This document shows positions 15,325-25,182 of a DNA stretch of 30,682 nt, piece by piece; positions within the stretch are counted from its first letter, which is position 1; each line of letters opens with the position of its first letter. The position numbers and the translations under genes were made by a program. The stretch is from Promethearchaeota archaeon. Lineage in GTDB: Archaea; Asgardarchaeota; Lokiarchaeia; Sigyniarchaeales; SOKP01. A model generated the notes under the pieces. That model saw nothing but the letters and a program-made list of their open reading frames with translations, made no database searches and had not been told where the DNA came from. The stretch spans positions 1-30,682 of the forward strand of contig JAFGGO010000063.1 in the NCBI GenBank assembly GCA_016930515.1, in the 5' to 3' direction.

Positions 15325-16026
15325 TTATTTTTTGGTGTTTTCTCTTTTGGCTTTTCTTTTAGCAGCTTCTTTCCGTTTTTTCCTCATTTCTTCTTCCATA
15401 GTAAAATCTTTTGCGCAAAAATCTTCAACGGGACAGATGTTGCATCTTGGGTATGTTGGAATGCAGAGTTGTTGACCGAACCTCACGAGTGTTCTTGTAG
15501 CCTGTAACCATAGATTTATTGGGAGTATTTTTTTTAATGCTTCTTCAGATTGTTCGGGTGTTTTTGTTTTTATCCAACCTAACCGATTAGGAATGCGATG
15601 CATGTGAGTGTCCACGGCAAGGGCAGGAATGTTAAAAGCAAAGACTAAAACGCAATTTGCTGTCTTTGGTCCTACGCCTGGAAGATTAACTAGCTTTTCA
15701 AAATCGTTAGGAACATTATCTTTATATTTTTCGTGTATGATGGTGGATGTCTCCTTTATTCTTTTCGCTTTTTGTTTGTAATAGCCAGATTTCCTAATAA
15801 CTTGCTCAAGGTCCTTAATATCTGCTTCCGACATTGTTTTAGGTGTATTATATTTCTTAAACAAGCTCTCTGTAATCTTTTCGGCAGTACTATCTCTTGT
15901 TCTTGCCGATAGCATTGTTGCAATTAAGATTTTAAATGGATTCGATTGCACTTTTACTAAATCGCCTAAAAGTGCTTCTCCATCTAATTTTTTTTCTATT
16001 TTTTCCAAAGTATCTTTATAATTCAT
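15325..16026 (-). CDS. nth: Endonuclease III (HhH-GPD DNA glycosylase/AP lyase, 4Fe-4S)
   Basis: LSARTRD, LPGVGPKTAN, AVDTHMHR and a C-x6-C-x2-C-x5-C cluster. Confidence 0.96.
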   Translation of the reverse strand: MNYKDTLEKIEKKLDGEALLGDLVKVQSNPFKILIATMLSARTRDSTAEKITESLFKKYNTPKTMSEADIKDLEQVIRKSGYYKQKAKRIKETSTIIHEKYKDNVPNDFEKLVNLPGVGPKTANCVLVFAFNIPALAVDTHMHRIPNRLGWIKTKTPEQSEEALKKILPINLWLQATRTLVRFGQQLCIPTYPRCNICPVEDFCAKDFTMEEEMRKKRKEAAKRKAKRENTKK

Positions 16027-16122
16027 TTATAACTTGCAAAGACTAGTTTAGGTACGATTATTAATTGTATTTAATAAATTCTCTTCTTATCTTTTATCAG
16101 TAAATCCCTTTAAATCGTTCAT

Positions 16123-17523
16123 TTATTTTTTTTCGAACACGTATATTTTTCTTTTGACAACTTGTCCCTTTTTAGCATCGAGGAGAGCCTTTGTATGCTT
16201 TTCCTGTAATTGCAATTTTTGGTTTGACTTGTTTACGATTCGTTGTCCATCCAAAATTGGAATGAATTTGAACTCGTAGGAGGTACCAATTTTTTCAATG
16301 TTTATTTGAAGATCCCCTCCATCGACGGTTGTAAAAACAGGTGCAACCAACACGATCCTCCCTCTGGGTTTTAGTATGATATTTGAGTTCTGAAATAAAT
16401 CTTGATAAAGGGGTTCTAATTCGGAAGAGATTAGCTCCTTAATCTCGTTGTAATAAGGTCTCTCCTTGAAAAAGGGTCCTAAAGAAGGCTCGGTACAAAT
16501 TCCATCAAATGAACTTGGTTGGAAATGCCTTGAAAGATCTCTTATGTCGAGGGTATCAAATCGTTCGTTTAATAAGTATGGAACCTCTTCTTCTATCTCT
16601 TCTAAAAGCCAATTCATGTTGCGAATAGTATTCTCAACTTTTTTTCCATCTATATCGGAACCGTATACTTGAAAACCCTGAATGCTTGCAAACATTGGGA
16701 TGGTTCCATTTCCTACAAATGGATCTAATATCATTTTGCTTTCTCTTTCTTCAAATAGATTTAGGAAGTTAAGCATTATCAAGGCAAGCTTGGGGGAAAT
16801 CGAGCTTTTAAATTCTTTAAATGGTCTTCCCTCGTCAACTTGCTTTTTAAAGTTTGGATCGTCTGCCGTGTAAGTTCTTCCGATATAGACGCCTTCTTCG
16901 GTAAAACCAAATACGATTTCCGCTCTATCCTCGTTAAACAAGCCGTATTTTGTAAGATGATGAGGAAAAATGGGATTTAGATTTCCAGATTTTATATTTT
17001 TTTCAGGATATTTGTAATAAAGAGATTTTTTTGCACCCTTCTTTTTGAGAATGGACATGATAGTCTTGTTTAAAAAGGGTAGAAAGTGCTTGATGAGAAC
17101 TTGTGAATAATATTCGTCGTCGTACAAGTCGGGATATATAGAAACCGCAAAAAAAATGCTTTGTTTATTGATTGTTACAAATGTTTTTTCCAGTACAGGG
17201 CCTAATATTGACGCTATTTTTTCTCTTTTTTTCTCAACGAGCTTGTATTTTTCTATATGTTGGGGAAATGCCTCTTTTATGGTATTTACGTGAATAAAAT
17301 CAAATATCTTACAAATTTTCTGTGTACCACCCAGAATGAACTGAAATTCCATGAGTTTATCAATGTAATACTTATCTTGTTCCAAGTTTTCAAATTCAAC
17401 AATAGCAATATTTGCTGAATAATCGGTAATCTTTCCCTTGAATTGCGAATTTTTAAGCACATTATCTAATTCCGTTAGTGATAATTGCCAATTTGACCCT
17501 AAAACAAAAATATATTTATCCAT
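16123..17523 (-). CDS. Trm11/TrmG10-like SAM-dependent RNA methyltransferase
   Basis: SISPKLALIMLN, ILDPFVGNGTI, YGSDID and ICTEPSLG. Long N-terminal (THUMP-like) region. Confidence 0.75.
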   Translation of the reverse strand: MDKYIFVLGSNWQLSLTELDNVLKNSQFKGKITDYSANIAIVEFENLEQDKYYIDKLMEFQFILGGTQKICKIFDFIHVNTIKEAFPQHIEKYKLVEKKREKIASILGPVLEKTFVTINKQSIFFAVSIYPDLYDDEYYSQVLIKHFLPFLNKTIMSILKKKGAKKSLYYKYPEKNIKSGNLNPIFPHHLTKYGLFNEDRAEIVFGFTEEGVYIGRTYTADDPNFKKQVDEGRPFKEFKSSISPKLALIMLNFLNLFEERESKMILDPFVGNGTIPMFASIQGFQVYGSDIDGKKVENTIRNMNWLLEEIEEEVPYLLNERFDTLDIRDLSRHFQPSSFDGICTEPSLGPFFKERPYYNEIKELISSELEPLYQDLFQNSNIILKPRGRIVLVAPVFTTVDGGDLQINIEKIGTSYEFKFIPILDGQRIVNKSNQKLQLQEKHTKALLDAKKGQVVKRKIYVFEKK

Positions 17524-17662
17524 AACGCGTACTAAATCGATTATATGAGATTAAAATGCAGTTTCGTTTATCTATTTTTCCTTTTTGTCAAAATTTTAAA
17601 GAAATATTAGCGAAAATTCTTGTAAAAAGCAAAGGCCTTTTTTGTAGAATACTTAAAGCGCT

Positions 17663-19009
17663 TCACGACTTCTTAACTTTAAGCCAAAGTTTAAATGCCT
17701 TCGTTGGTTTCCCTCTCCAAATTGCATTTTTGCCTGTTTTTTCGAATTCTCTGACCTCTTCCTCAGTGTAGTCTAATTCGCTAGCCTTTTTTGATTTCTG
17801 CTCTAGTTTCTTCCCGATTTCTTTAATATCCTTTTCGCTAAGAGACTCTTCTTCAGAGGTTACAGGACCAAACTGTACTTCTTCAGTTTCTTCGAGCTTT
17901 TGTTCCTTGTTTTTTTCAAGGTCAATTTCGATCTCGTATTTTTCTCCGGTAATATCTCCTAGTGCGCTCATTATATCTTCCAAGTCCTCTCTTCTACGGG
18001 TTTCTGGTACCATTTCGATTATTTTATCTTCGATTTGGGGCGATTCTTTACCTTTTGCTTTTTCATATGCTTTTTTCTGTTTTAACTTTTCTTCTCTTGC
18101 TTTTTTTAAATCTGCAACGATGTTCGAATAATTCTCTTTTAGATAATTCAAGCTTAAGTTTACGATATCTGAAATGCTCTCCCAATTGTCCTCTTTAATA
18201 ATCGCCTTGACCCAGTAAAATAATTCTAAGATTAAATTAACCGTTACCACCTTTCCTTCTGTATATGCCCCTATCGTGAGCCATCTTAAAATATTCGCGA
18301 TTAGTACATTGTTGTCTAATGCAGTTATGCCGTACTCTCGTCCTAGAGAAGAAAATATGGAGAGGTTCCCAAATCCTACAACCTTACCCTTGTAATACTC
18401 CACGGCCACCATCAATGGGATATTAGGGCTATCTTGCTCTGTCCAATCGCTACCGTTGTATGTTCTCGTCCAACAATTGAGACCTCCATTTAAAATGACA
18501 TCGATCTTAATCTCGTCCTCAACATCGATAAAATCTAAAATTTTCAGGGAACAAGCGCTAGAATATACTACCTGTCTAACATGTTCCGTTAAGATATGGG
18601 GTTTTATTTTGTTTAAAAGCGGTCGTTTTTGCATGTTAATGTAATTCATTGAATCATTTACTTCAGTTGGGAGAAATTCAAACCCAAAATTACTTGTGAG
18701 TTCGTTTAGATTCGTTTCGTTCATCAAATCCCCTCCGCTTGAACTCACAATAAGCAAACTACCTCCATTTTTTACATATTCTTCAAGGACATTGATCTCG
18801 TTTTCGGATAAATTTGTATTCTTAGGCGTTGAAAGCAATATAACATCGTAAGTTTCTACCTTGCTTTTTGAATCAAAACCAGCTTGAATTTTACCCAATT
18901 TATACCCCGATGAAAATAAAAATTCTGTAAATTCAGCGTAACTTGGAGCCTCTAAAGTTAAATTATTATTATGAGAGTAATCCAATCCAATAGTAGGGTC
19001 GCTTGGCAT
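17663..19009 (-). CDS. IFT52/GldG-like (GIFT) domain protein with RHH-like segment and acidic tail
   Basis: IGLDYSHNN, YVKNGGSLLI, NLNELTSNFG, GKVVGFGN and DNNVLIANILRWL. Tail motif FEKTGKNAIWRGKPTKAF. Confidence 0.7.
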   Translation of the reverse strand: MPSDPTIGLDYSHNNNLTLEAPSYAEFTEFLFSSGYKLGKIQAGFDSKSKVETYDVILLSTPKNTNLSENEINVLEEYVKNGGSLLIVSSSGGDLMNETNLNELTSNFGFEFLPTEVNDSMNYINMQKRPLLNKIKPHILTEHVRQVVYSSACSLKILDFIDVEDEIKIDVILNGGLNCWTRTYNGSDWTEQDSPNIPLMVAVEYYKGKVVGFGNLSIFSSLGREYGITALDNNVLIANILRWLTIGAYTEGKVVTVNLILELFYWVKAIIKEDNWESISDIVNLSLNYLKENYSNIVADLKKAREEKLKQKKAYEKAKGKESPQIEDKIIEMVPETRRREDLEDIMSALGDITGEKYEIEIDLEKNKEQKLEETEEVQFGPVTSEEESLSEKDIKEIGKKLEQKSKKASELDYTEEEVREFEKTGKNAIWRGKPTKAFKLWLKVKKS

Positions 19010-19189
19010 TATAATCCATTTGTATTTTTTAGTGTTAAGATTTCGATAAATTCGTTTGTTTTCTACATAGAAAAACGATTTTTAATAATTCGATTAAAAT
19101 ATTATCAAATCTTGTATATTTTATTTCAAGTAAGCCTCTATTTAAGTATTTTTGTGTGTGAATGAATTCACTTATACAATCATTTGAGT

Positions 19190-19981
19190 TTATATGTTAC
19201 GGTAATTTCTCTCAATAACTGACTTGTGAAGATTATTTCTCTGTCTAAGGATTTCAAACGCAATTATTGTAGCTGCTGAATGGAGGGGGAGAGATTCTGT
19301 AAAATCGCCCTCGTATGGAATTATAAGCCTTAAATCTGCGTGTTCTAAAATTTTGCTTTTAATTCCCCTTTTTTCACCTCCTATCACAATTAGTAAAGGT
19401 GGTTTTAATTCACTTTGATATATCGATTGACCATTGGATTTATCCGCACAAGCAATGGTATAATCTCTAGATTTGAAGAAGCTCAATAATTTAGCTTGAT
19501 CTTCCTCTAATGCGATTGGGATTAATTCAGAGGTGCCCGCAGAAGATTTAATTATAATATTGTCTACTTCAAACCAATTTCTTTGTTTCATGACGATCCC
19601 GTCTATTCCTGCAGCATATAACGACCTTATCGTATATCCGAGGTTAAATGGATCTTCAATTCCATCCAAAAAGAAAATTACAAGAGGTTTTGGTTTTAAA
19701 AGCTCGTCTAATTTTTGGTAGGATCTCTCGGAAACTAGGGCAGCAATTCCACCATGAGTTTTTCCAATTGCGTGCTGTTCGAACCAATCCTGATCAACGC
19801 CCTCGATCTTTATTTTTTTTATTTCTGCTTTTGATAAAATTTGTTTTATATTTTTAATTCTATTTAAATTCCTCTTTCTTTGGAGCTTAGCCGTGTTATA
19901 AAAAACAGTCAATACTTTTCGATATTTTGATCTTAACACTGCATTTACAGCCATACTTCCTTCAATAATAATAGATCGCAT
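19190..19981 (-). CDS. SpoU/TrmH-family (RlmB-like) RNA 2'-O-methyltransferase
   Basis: IEG..AV, HGGIAA, LDGIEDPFNLGYTIRS, IGGEKRGI and IPY...SL SPOUT motifs. Confidence 0.9.
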   Translation of the reverse strand: MRSIIIEGSMAVNAVLRSKYRKVLTVFYNTAKLQRKRNLNRIKNIKQILSKAEIKKIKIEGVDQDWFEQHAIGKTHGGIAALVSERSYQKLDELLKPKPLVIFFLDGIEDPFNLGYTIRSLYAAGIDGIVMKQRNWFEVDNIIIKSSAGTSELIPIALEEDQAKLLSFFKSRDYTIACADKSNGQSIYQSELKPPLLIVIGGEKRGIKSKILEHADLRLIIPYEGDFTESLPLHSAATIIAFEILRQRNNLHKSVIERNYRNI

Positions 19982-20083
19982 GGATTTTCCTTATTTTAAT
20001 TTGTAGGTCGAAAAATTATCATAATTAAGCTTGATCGAATGAATTCATAATGAATAATGATTCTCAATAGTTATATTCTTGCC

Positions 20084-20962
20084 TTATTCAAAATGGATAT
20101 ATTTTTTGATATTTTTTAGGAACCTCATTTCAGGTGAGTGCGTTTTAATATTATTTTTTAATAATTTTTTTTTAGATATTTTTTCATTTTGAGAACGAGT
20201 TATAAAAAATTGAAAACAATCGGGATTTCTAAGTGCCTCCCGTCCGATCATTAATCCAAGAATTAATTCATTCCACTTTTTTTGCGTATCCAAGGACAAT
20301 TTTTGCTTAATATTTTGAATATCCTGATTTGTACGAATATTTCCGTTTATAATTATCGGCATTCCAGCTTTAAGAGATGTTTGCAAGAATTCCCAATGCG
20401 GTTCCGAGATAGAGGGCTGCTTAGCGTGTTTAAAATGTATGATTGTTGGTGCTAAACGAGGATCGTCAATAGATTCAATAGAAGATAAAAAATCCAAACA
20501 TTTATTGTAATACATTTCTTTTGAATTAAGTCCCAACAACATTTTACAGCTAATATGAAATCGATGCGATTCAGAGTCGCCTAAAAAAACCTCAATAAGG
20601 TTTCTTAACCTCTTTGTTCTTTTAACGAGAGCAGCACCCTCTCCTGCGGATATTATTCGGGGATCTGGACAACAAGCATTAATACACACGCCATAAATAT
20701 TCGCTCTTTCAGGATTTTTTGAATAAAACGACTTTAAACACTCAGGCAGGCGAAGCATGTCGTTAACATTATTAGTGAGCACTTGAATCCATTGTCGATG
20801 ATTCTTGATTTGAAAAGTGTCAATATGATCCCAAACCCTCTGCCGTTCCTTAATTAATTCTTTTAAATTTATCATTTCCGTATAAGAGTCTGTTATTTCG
20901 GGAAATAAAGCCCGAAAAGCCCAGCAACTTATATTTTTCATCGGAGCTAAGTGCAATTCCAT
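20084..20962 (-). CDS. dus: tRNA-dihydrouridine synthase-like FMN TIM-barrel protein
   Basis: LAPM, YTEM, INACCP (catalytic Cys), GAAL, INGNI and MIGREALRNP. Divergent IHFK in place of HGR. Confidence 0.75.
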   Translation of the reverse strand: MELHLAPMKNISCWAFRALFPEITDSYTEMINLKELIKERQRVWDHIDTFQIKNHRQWIQVLTNNVNDMLRLPECLKSFYSKNPERANIYGVCINACCPDPRIISAGEGAALVKRTKRLRNLIEVFLGDSESHRFHISCKMLLGLNSKEMYYNKCLDFLSSIESIDDPRLAPTIIHFKHAKQPSISEPHWEFLQTSLKAGMPIIINGNIRTNQDIQNIKQKLSLDTQKKWNELILGLMIGREALRNPDCFQFFITRSQNEKISKKKLLKNNIKTHSPEMRFLKNIKKYIHFE

Positions 20963-21022
20963 TTTTCGGCGTTGTATATTATATTTTTTTTGATAATTTT
21001 ACACATAAATAGAGGGAAAAAT

Positions 21023-21910
21023 TTATATATCAAAATTTATGCTTCTATGATTCTTATTCTTTACAACAAAGATATCTAATACCACATGTGCTAAGTTCGG
21101 CCCATAGCTCTTCACAAATCGTTCTGAAGTTAAATTACTGAGATATCCATTGTTATTTGCGATGGTACTAAAAGTGTTGAATAAATCTACATAATTATAT
21201 TTGTCAACGACTCCTTCGAAATGAATAGTCGTACCTTCTTCTTTAGTGAGCGTGAGTGCGTCCTCTATATATTCGATCGGGGCAGGGAAGACTCCCATCA
21301 CGATCCTATCTGCTTTGATTCCCGCTTCGCTTAATTTTCTTACTTCTACTTTACAATCCCCATTAATGGGAATAATTTTATTTTCTAAGTGGTTTAGTAT
21401 TATATTCTCCTTCAAATAATGAAATGACACGGGATTTAATTCGATGCTGTAGATTTTTGCTACTTTAGTGTGCTTGGCAATAGGGAGGGAAAAATATCCG
21501 ATTCCTGCAAACATATCAACCAAAATTTCTCCTGGTTTGACGAAAGTCGTTAAAAATTTTCGTTCCTTTAAATTCCCCTTGCTAAACATTATTTTCGTGA
21601 TATCAAGCTTGTATTTAACTTCATGCTCTTTGTGAATGATAATAGGTTGGTCAACACCCATTAAAAATTCAATCCTTTCTGGTTGGCGCATTTGTCCTTT
21701 TATAATGCCTAAGTTGAGGTAAATCGATTTTATATAAGGATATATCTTGAAGCACGCTTCACCAATGAGTATTTTCTTTTCTAATAACCGTTTGTCCAAT
21801 TTTAAAATCATTATACTTCCAATTGACTGAAAACCTCGAGGAAGAATTTCTAATTCTTCCTTTTCAAGAATAAATTTTAAATGTTCCTGCAGAACTCGTT
21901 TAAATCGCAT
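21023..21910 (-). CDS. taw2: Trm5/Tyw2-family SAM-dependent tRNA-modifying enzyme (likely Taw2)
   Basis: HKEHEVKYKLD, MFSKGNLKER, VDMFAGIGYFSLPIA, ELNP, ADRIVMG and VKSYGP. Confidence 0.75.
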   Translation of the reverse strand: MRFKRVLQEHLKFILEKEELEILPRGFQSIGSIMILKLDKRLLEKKILIGEACFKIYPYIKSIYLNLGIIKGQMRQPERIEFLMGVDQPIIIHKEHEVKYKLDITKIMFSKGNLKERKFLTTFVKPGEILVDMFAGIGYFSLPIAKHTKVAKIYSIELNPVSFHYLKENIILNHLENKIIPINGDCKVEVRKLSEAGIKADRIVMGVFPAPIEYIEDALTLTKEEGTTIHFEGVVDKYNYVDLFNTFSTIANNNGYLSNLTSERFVKSYGPNLAHVVLDIFVVKNKNHRSINFDI

Positions 21911-22048
21911 TGATAATGTATTTATTTAATCTTTGGTAATATTTTTACTCTAAAACTTAAGATAATTCAATGTGGGAAATGTACCTAGCGATTTCAATTT
22001 TACGATCTTAAATAAAATAGATAAAATAGATAAAAAAGAAATTTACTA

Positions 22049-23932
22049 CTATTGTAAGTTTAAAGTTTTGTATAATTTATGATTTATCTTGTATATTGTT
22101 TTAAATTGTTCAAATAAAAAGTCGTAAATTTCTCGATTTTCTAGGCTTGGTTTGAATACATCGGAAAATTCAACGAGATCTGGGATGTCTTGCCATCTCA
22201 AATATTCCAATCCTACGGCACCTATAAACGCAGCACCACGAGCATTTGCTTGAATTGGGTTCTTTACTCTCTTAATCCTTATATTCAACACATCTGCGAT
22301 GATTTGACACCATATATCGCTCTGAGCGCCCCCTCCTATGATTGGAAGCTCGTCAAACGCTCTTTCTAAAGTTCGGAGTTTTCGATTTTGTTTCAACAAC
22401 AATTTCTTGATATATTTCTCAGTTGATTCTACGAGCCATCGAATATTATATGCGACGCCTTCTAGCACGGCTCTTACGAGGTCGCCTCTATTCGTGTCTA
22501 AAGACACATTGTAAAAACCCCCTCTAATAAATTCGTCCGCAATTGGTGATCTCTCACCGTATAACCACGGAGTAAAGATTAATTTGTTTGATCCTGGAGG
22601 TGTGCTTGCGGCTAACTTATCAAATATTTTTATCACATCTTTAAGAGGAGCTTCCTTCAAAACTTCGTCTTTATACTTGATATATTGACTTTTCAAATAA
22701 TCTAAGGCTTTTCCCGTGATTTTAGATTCTTTAGCTAAATCAGATCCGATCTTATCGAAGGCATCGCTGAGATTGCAAATCTCCCTACTTTCTTGAAGTT
22801 CTGCCTCGTAGTTCATTAGTCTTTGTTTGATAAATTCTATGTCTTCCTTGGAAACGGATTCTATCTGGGAAATTTCCTTAACCAGATTTTTAAAAGCTTC
22901 ATTCAATCGTTCCTTGTATTGTTCTAATAACAATAAATCCATGTGATATAAAATGTTGTCGCGTAGAAATGTCAAGGCGCCACCCGCTATTTCTTGGTCG
23001 TTTCCGTACAAGAATTTTCCGTCAATGCCCGAAGGAGTCGTCCCAAGGTTATTAAAAATGTCCGTGTGCTTATTAGGAATGTGACAAAAGATCCAATCAG
23101 AAGTTCCCAGGCAAATATGACCCTTGTAATCTTCTATGGCTCCCGAACCAATAGCTGCAGATTGGATGTCTGGTGCGCCCATAACGACCTCTGTTCTTGG
23201 ATTTAATCCTAACTCAAGCGCAACTTCTTCAGTAATAGTCCCCAAAACATCCGTTGACTTCATAAGTTCTGGAAACTTGTTAGGATCGAGCTTCAATCGC
23301 CTTATTAACTTCTTTGAATATTTTATTTTTTTTTTTCGAACATCCGTAAGCCAATGAAGGTGTATTGAAGCGTAAGAAGCTGCAATTTTTCCCGTGAATT
23401 TAAAATTCACGTAATCTTGTGGTTCAAGAAATACTCTCGTTGAATTGTAGATTTCTGGATGTTTTTCTTTTAACCATAATATTTTTGAGATTGAGTCCTT
23501 GCCAGATAACGACGGCGCTCCGCCCGTTCGTTTAAGCCAAGCCAAAATATTTCTAGCACCATATCCAGAAACATTAAGAGTACCTCGAAATGTTTTTTGA
23601 GTGATTTCTGCCGCTCGTGTATCCATCCAAATCAAGCATCTCATCAAACAATTTCCCTGCTCGTCCAACGGAATCATACCGCTCCATTGACTGGTGTTGC
23701 ATATGCCAACAATGTCTTCCACGGGAACTAATTTTTTTTCGATAAGTTTCTTGGTTGTAATTTTAATGGCGTTCCACCAATCAGCAGGATCTTGTTCTGC
23801 ACAACCACCTTCGGATAAGTGTAATGGGACCTCTTGAAAAACCCAATCAACGACTGCACCTTGAGTAGATACGATTGCAGTTTTTGCCCCGCTCGTGCCG
23901 TGATCGATTGCAAGGATGTATTTAGTAGCCAT
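22049..23932 (-). CDS. FGGY-family carbohydrate kinase (xylulokinase-like) with ~90-aa helical insertion
   Basis: AIDHGTSGAK, EQDPADWW, IWMDTRA, CLGTS, PWLYGERSP, RAVLEGVA and GGGAQS. Confidence 0.93.
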   Translation of the reverse strand: MATKYILAIDHGTSGAKTAIVSTQGAVVDWVFQEVPLHLSEGGCAEQDPADWWNAIKITTKKLIEKKLVPVEDIVGICNTSQWSGMIPLDEQGNCLMRCLIWMDTRAAEITQKTFRGTLNVSGYGARNILAWLKRTGGAPSLSGKDSISKILWLKEKHPEIYNSTRVFLEPQDYVNFKFTGKIAASYASIHLHWLTDVRKKKIKYSKKLIRRLKLDPNKFPELMKSTDVLGTITEEVALELGLNPRTEVVMGAPDIQSAAIGSGAIEDYKGHICLGTSDWIFCHIPNKHTDIFNNLGTTPSGIDGKFLYGNDQEIAGGALTFLRDNILYHMDLLLLEQYKERLNEAFKNLVKEISQIESVSKEDIEFIKQRLMNYEAELQESREICNLSDAFDKIGSDLAKESKITGKALDYLKSQYIKYKDEVLKEAPLKDVIKIFDKLAASTPPGSNKLIFTPWLYGERSPIADEFIRGGFYNVSLDTNRGDLVRAVLEGVAYNIRWLVESTEKYIKKLLLKQNRKLRTLERAFDELPIIGGGAQSDIWCQIIADVLNIRIKRVKNPIQANARGAAFIGAVGLEYLRWQDIPDLVEFSDVFKPSLENREIYDFLFEQFKTIYKINHKLYKTLNLQ

Positions 23933-23997
23933 AATTAGTATTAGAAGATCATGTTTAAAACAATTTTTATTTTTATCCTATTCTCAGAGATTCGGTA

Positions 23998-25032
23998 TTA
24001 TTTTTTGTTTAAGGCAGTTCCAATCAATAATCCATCTTTTTCAGATATTTTAACTTCCATCAAACCTCCATTGACGAGATCACTTTCCATTTCTTCATGT
24101 GTGAATAATCTATTATTAATAAGTACCTTATAAAGTTTGATCAATTCGTTAGCGTATTGATTCTCTGTCAAGGGGAGGTCTGCCATTGAAATAAGACAAA
24201 TCAATCCTTTCGGTTTTGTAACACGTTTGATCTCTTCAAGCAATTCTATTCGATCCATACCAAAAAATTTGGGATTCTTTTTGTATACAGGAACTATAAC
24301 TGCGTCAAACTCGTTCTCTGGTGCGTATATTTTCCGATTGTCCAACTTAGACAATTTTATTTTCTCTTTCGATAGTAGGCTTATATCTACTTTAGATTCG
24401 TTTTTAGGAAGTATGTATAACATGTCAACATGTTCAGCTATTTGCTCGATTATCGAAAAAACGATAAATTCTGAAAACCATATGGATAAAACTCGTTTTG
24501 AAGGCGATAATTTTCCACTTTTTTTGAATTCATGCATTACATCAAGAAACAAACCTGCTTGAGGCTTCATTTTATTACTTTTTTCGTTTAAAACGAGGTT
24601 ATTTATTAGAAATTTCATTAATAATTTTGGAATGTAGTTTGTAAATAGGGTGGGTTCTATTTGAGGTCTTTTTTTGTTCTCTTCGTGATTAAATTTTAGC
24701 AAACCTCGCTTTTCCAAATTTTTTAAGCTATTATAAAAGCTTGAAGTCCCATAAGTCTTAGATTTTTGAACATAATTATAAAACTTCCTCTTCTCTTCAG
24801 ATTCCTTGTTTAATCTCCTTAATGGAGTGAAATCTTCTTGATATTCTATAAATTGACGTACTTGAGTGAATAATTCGTGTCTTATGACTGAATTTGTGTA
24901 TCTTGCTAAGAATTCTAAAATGATTACTTCCGCAATTGATAAATCCGCAAAATCTGAGATGCCATAATATGCGGCATAATCGTAAAATTCTTTTTCGTTA
25001 TCAATCATTTTAATTCCTTTGCTAATATTCAC
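23998..25032 (-). CDS. Winged-HTH regulator fused to a degenerate class I methyltransferase-like domain (ATG at 25008 may be the true start)
   Basis: SSFYNSLKNLEKRGLLKF wHTH. C-terminal PENEFDAVIV...LLEEIKRVTKPKGLICL without a GxGxG motif. Confidence 0.7.
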   Translation of the reverse strand: MNISKGIKMIDNEKEFYDYAAYYGISDFADLSIAEVIILEFLARYTNSVIRHELFTQVRQFIEYQEDFTPLRRLNKESEEKRKFYNYVQKSKTYGTSSFYNSLKNLEKRGLLKFNHEENKKRPQIEPTLFTNYIPKLLMKFLINNLVLNEKSNKMKPQAGLFLDVMHEFKKSGKLSPSKRVLSIWFSEFIVFSIIEQIAEHVDMLYILPKNESKVDISLLSKEKIKLSKLDNRKIYAPENEFDAVIVPVYKKNPKFFGMDRIELLEEIKRVTKPKGLICLISMADLPLTENQYANELIKLYKVLINNRLFTHEEMESDLVNGGLMEVKISEKDGLLIGTALNKK

Positions 25033-25100
25033 TTAATTCTTTCTATAATTGAAAAAGATCCCTTAATTATTAAACCTTCACTTTTGGAAAAAGATTCTCT

Positions 25101-25144
25101 CTATTCTTGGAATAGTTTTAAATACAAAATTGCATTATAATACA
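25101..25144 (+). promoter_or_regulatory. Promoter/operator of the RLP operon
   Basis: Palindrome CTATTC-TTG-GAATAG (25101-25115) abuts TATA TTTTAAATA (25116-25124). Near-palindrome TGCATTATAATACA at 25131-25144. Confidence 0.55.
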
Positions 25145-25182
25145 TGCTAGTATTAATTTATAACTATAAGAGGTTTTAAAAA

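Noticed and set aside
23326-23336. A11 homopolymer in the FGGY kinase as a phase-variation tract
   Set aside because: It is in frame and encodes a Lys run. Such tracts are expected at this AT content and no variant evidence is available.
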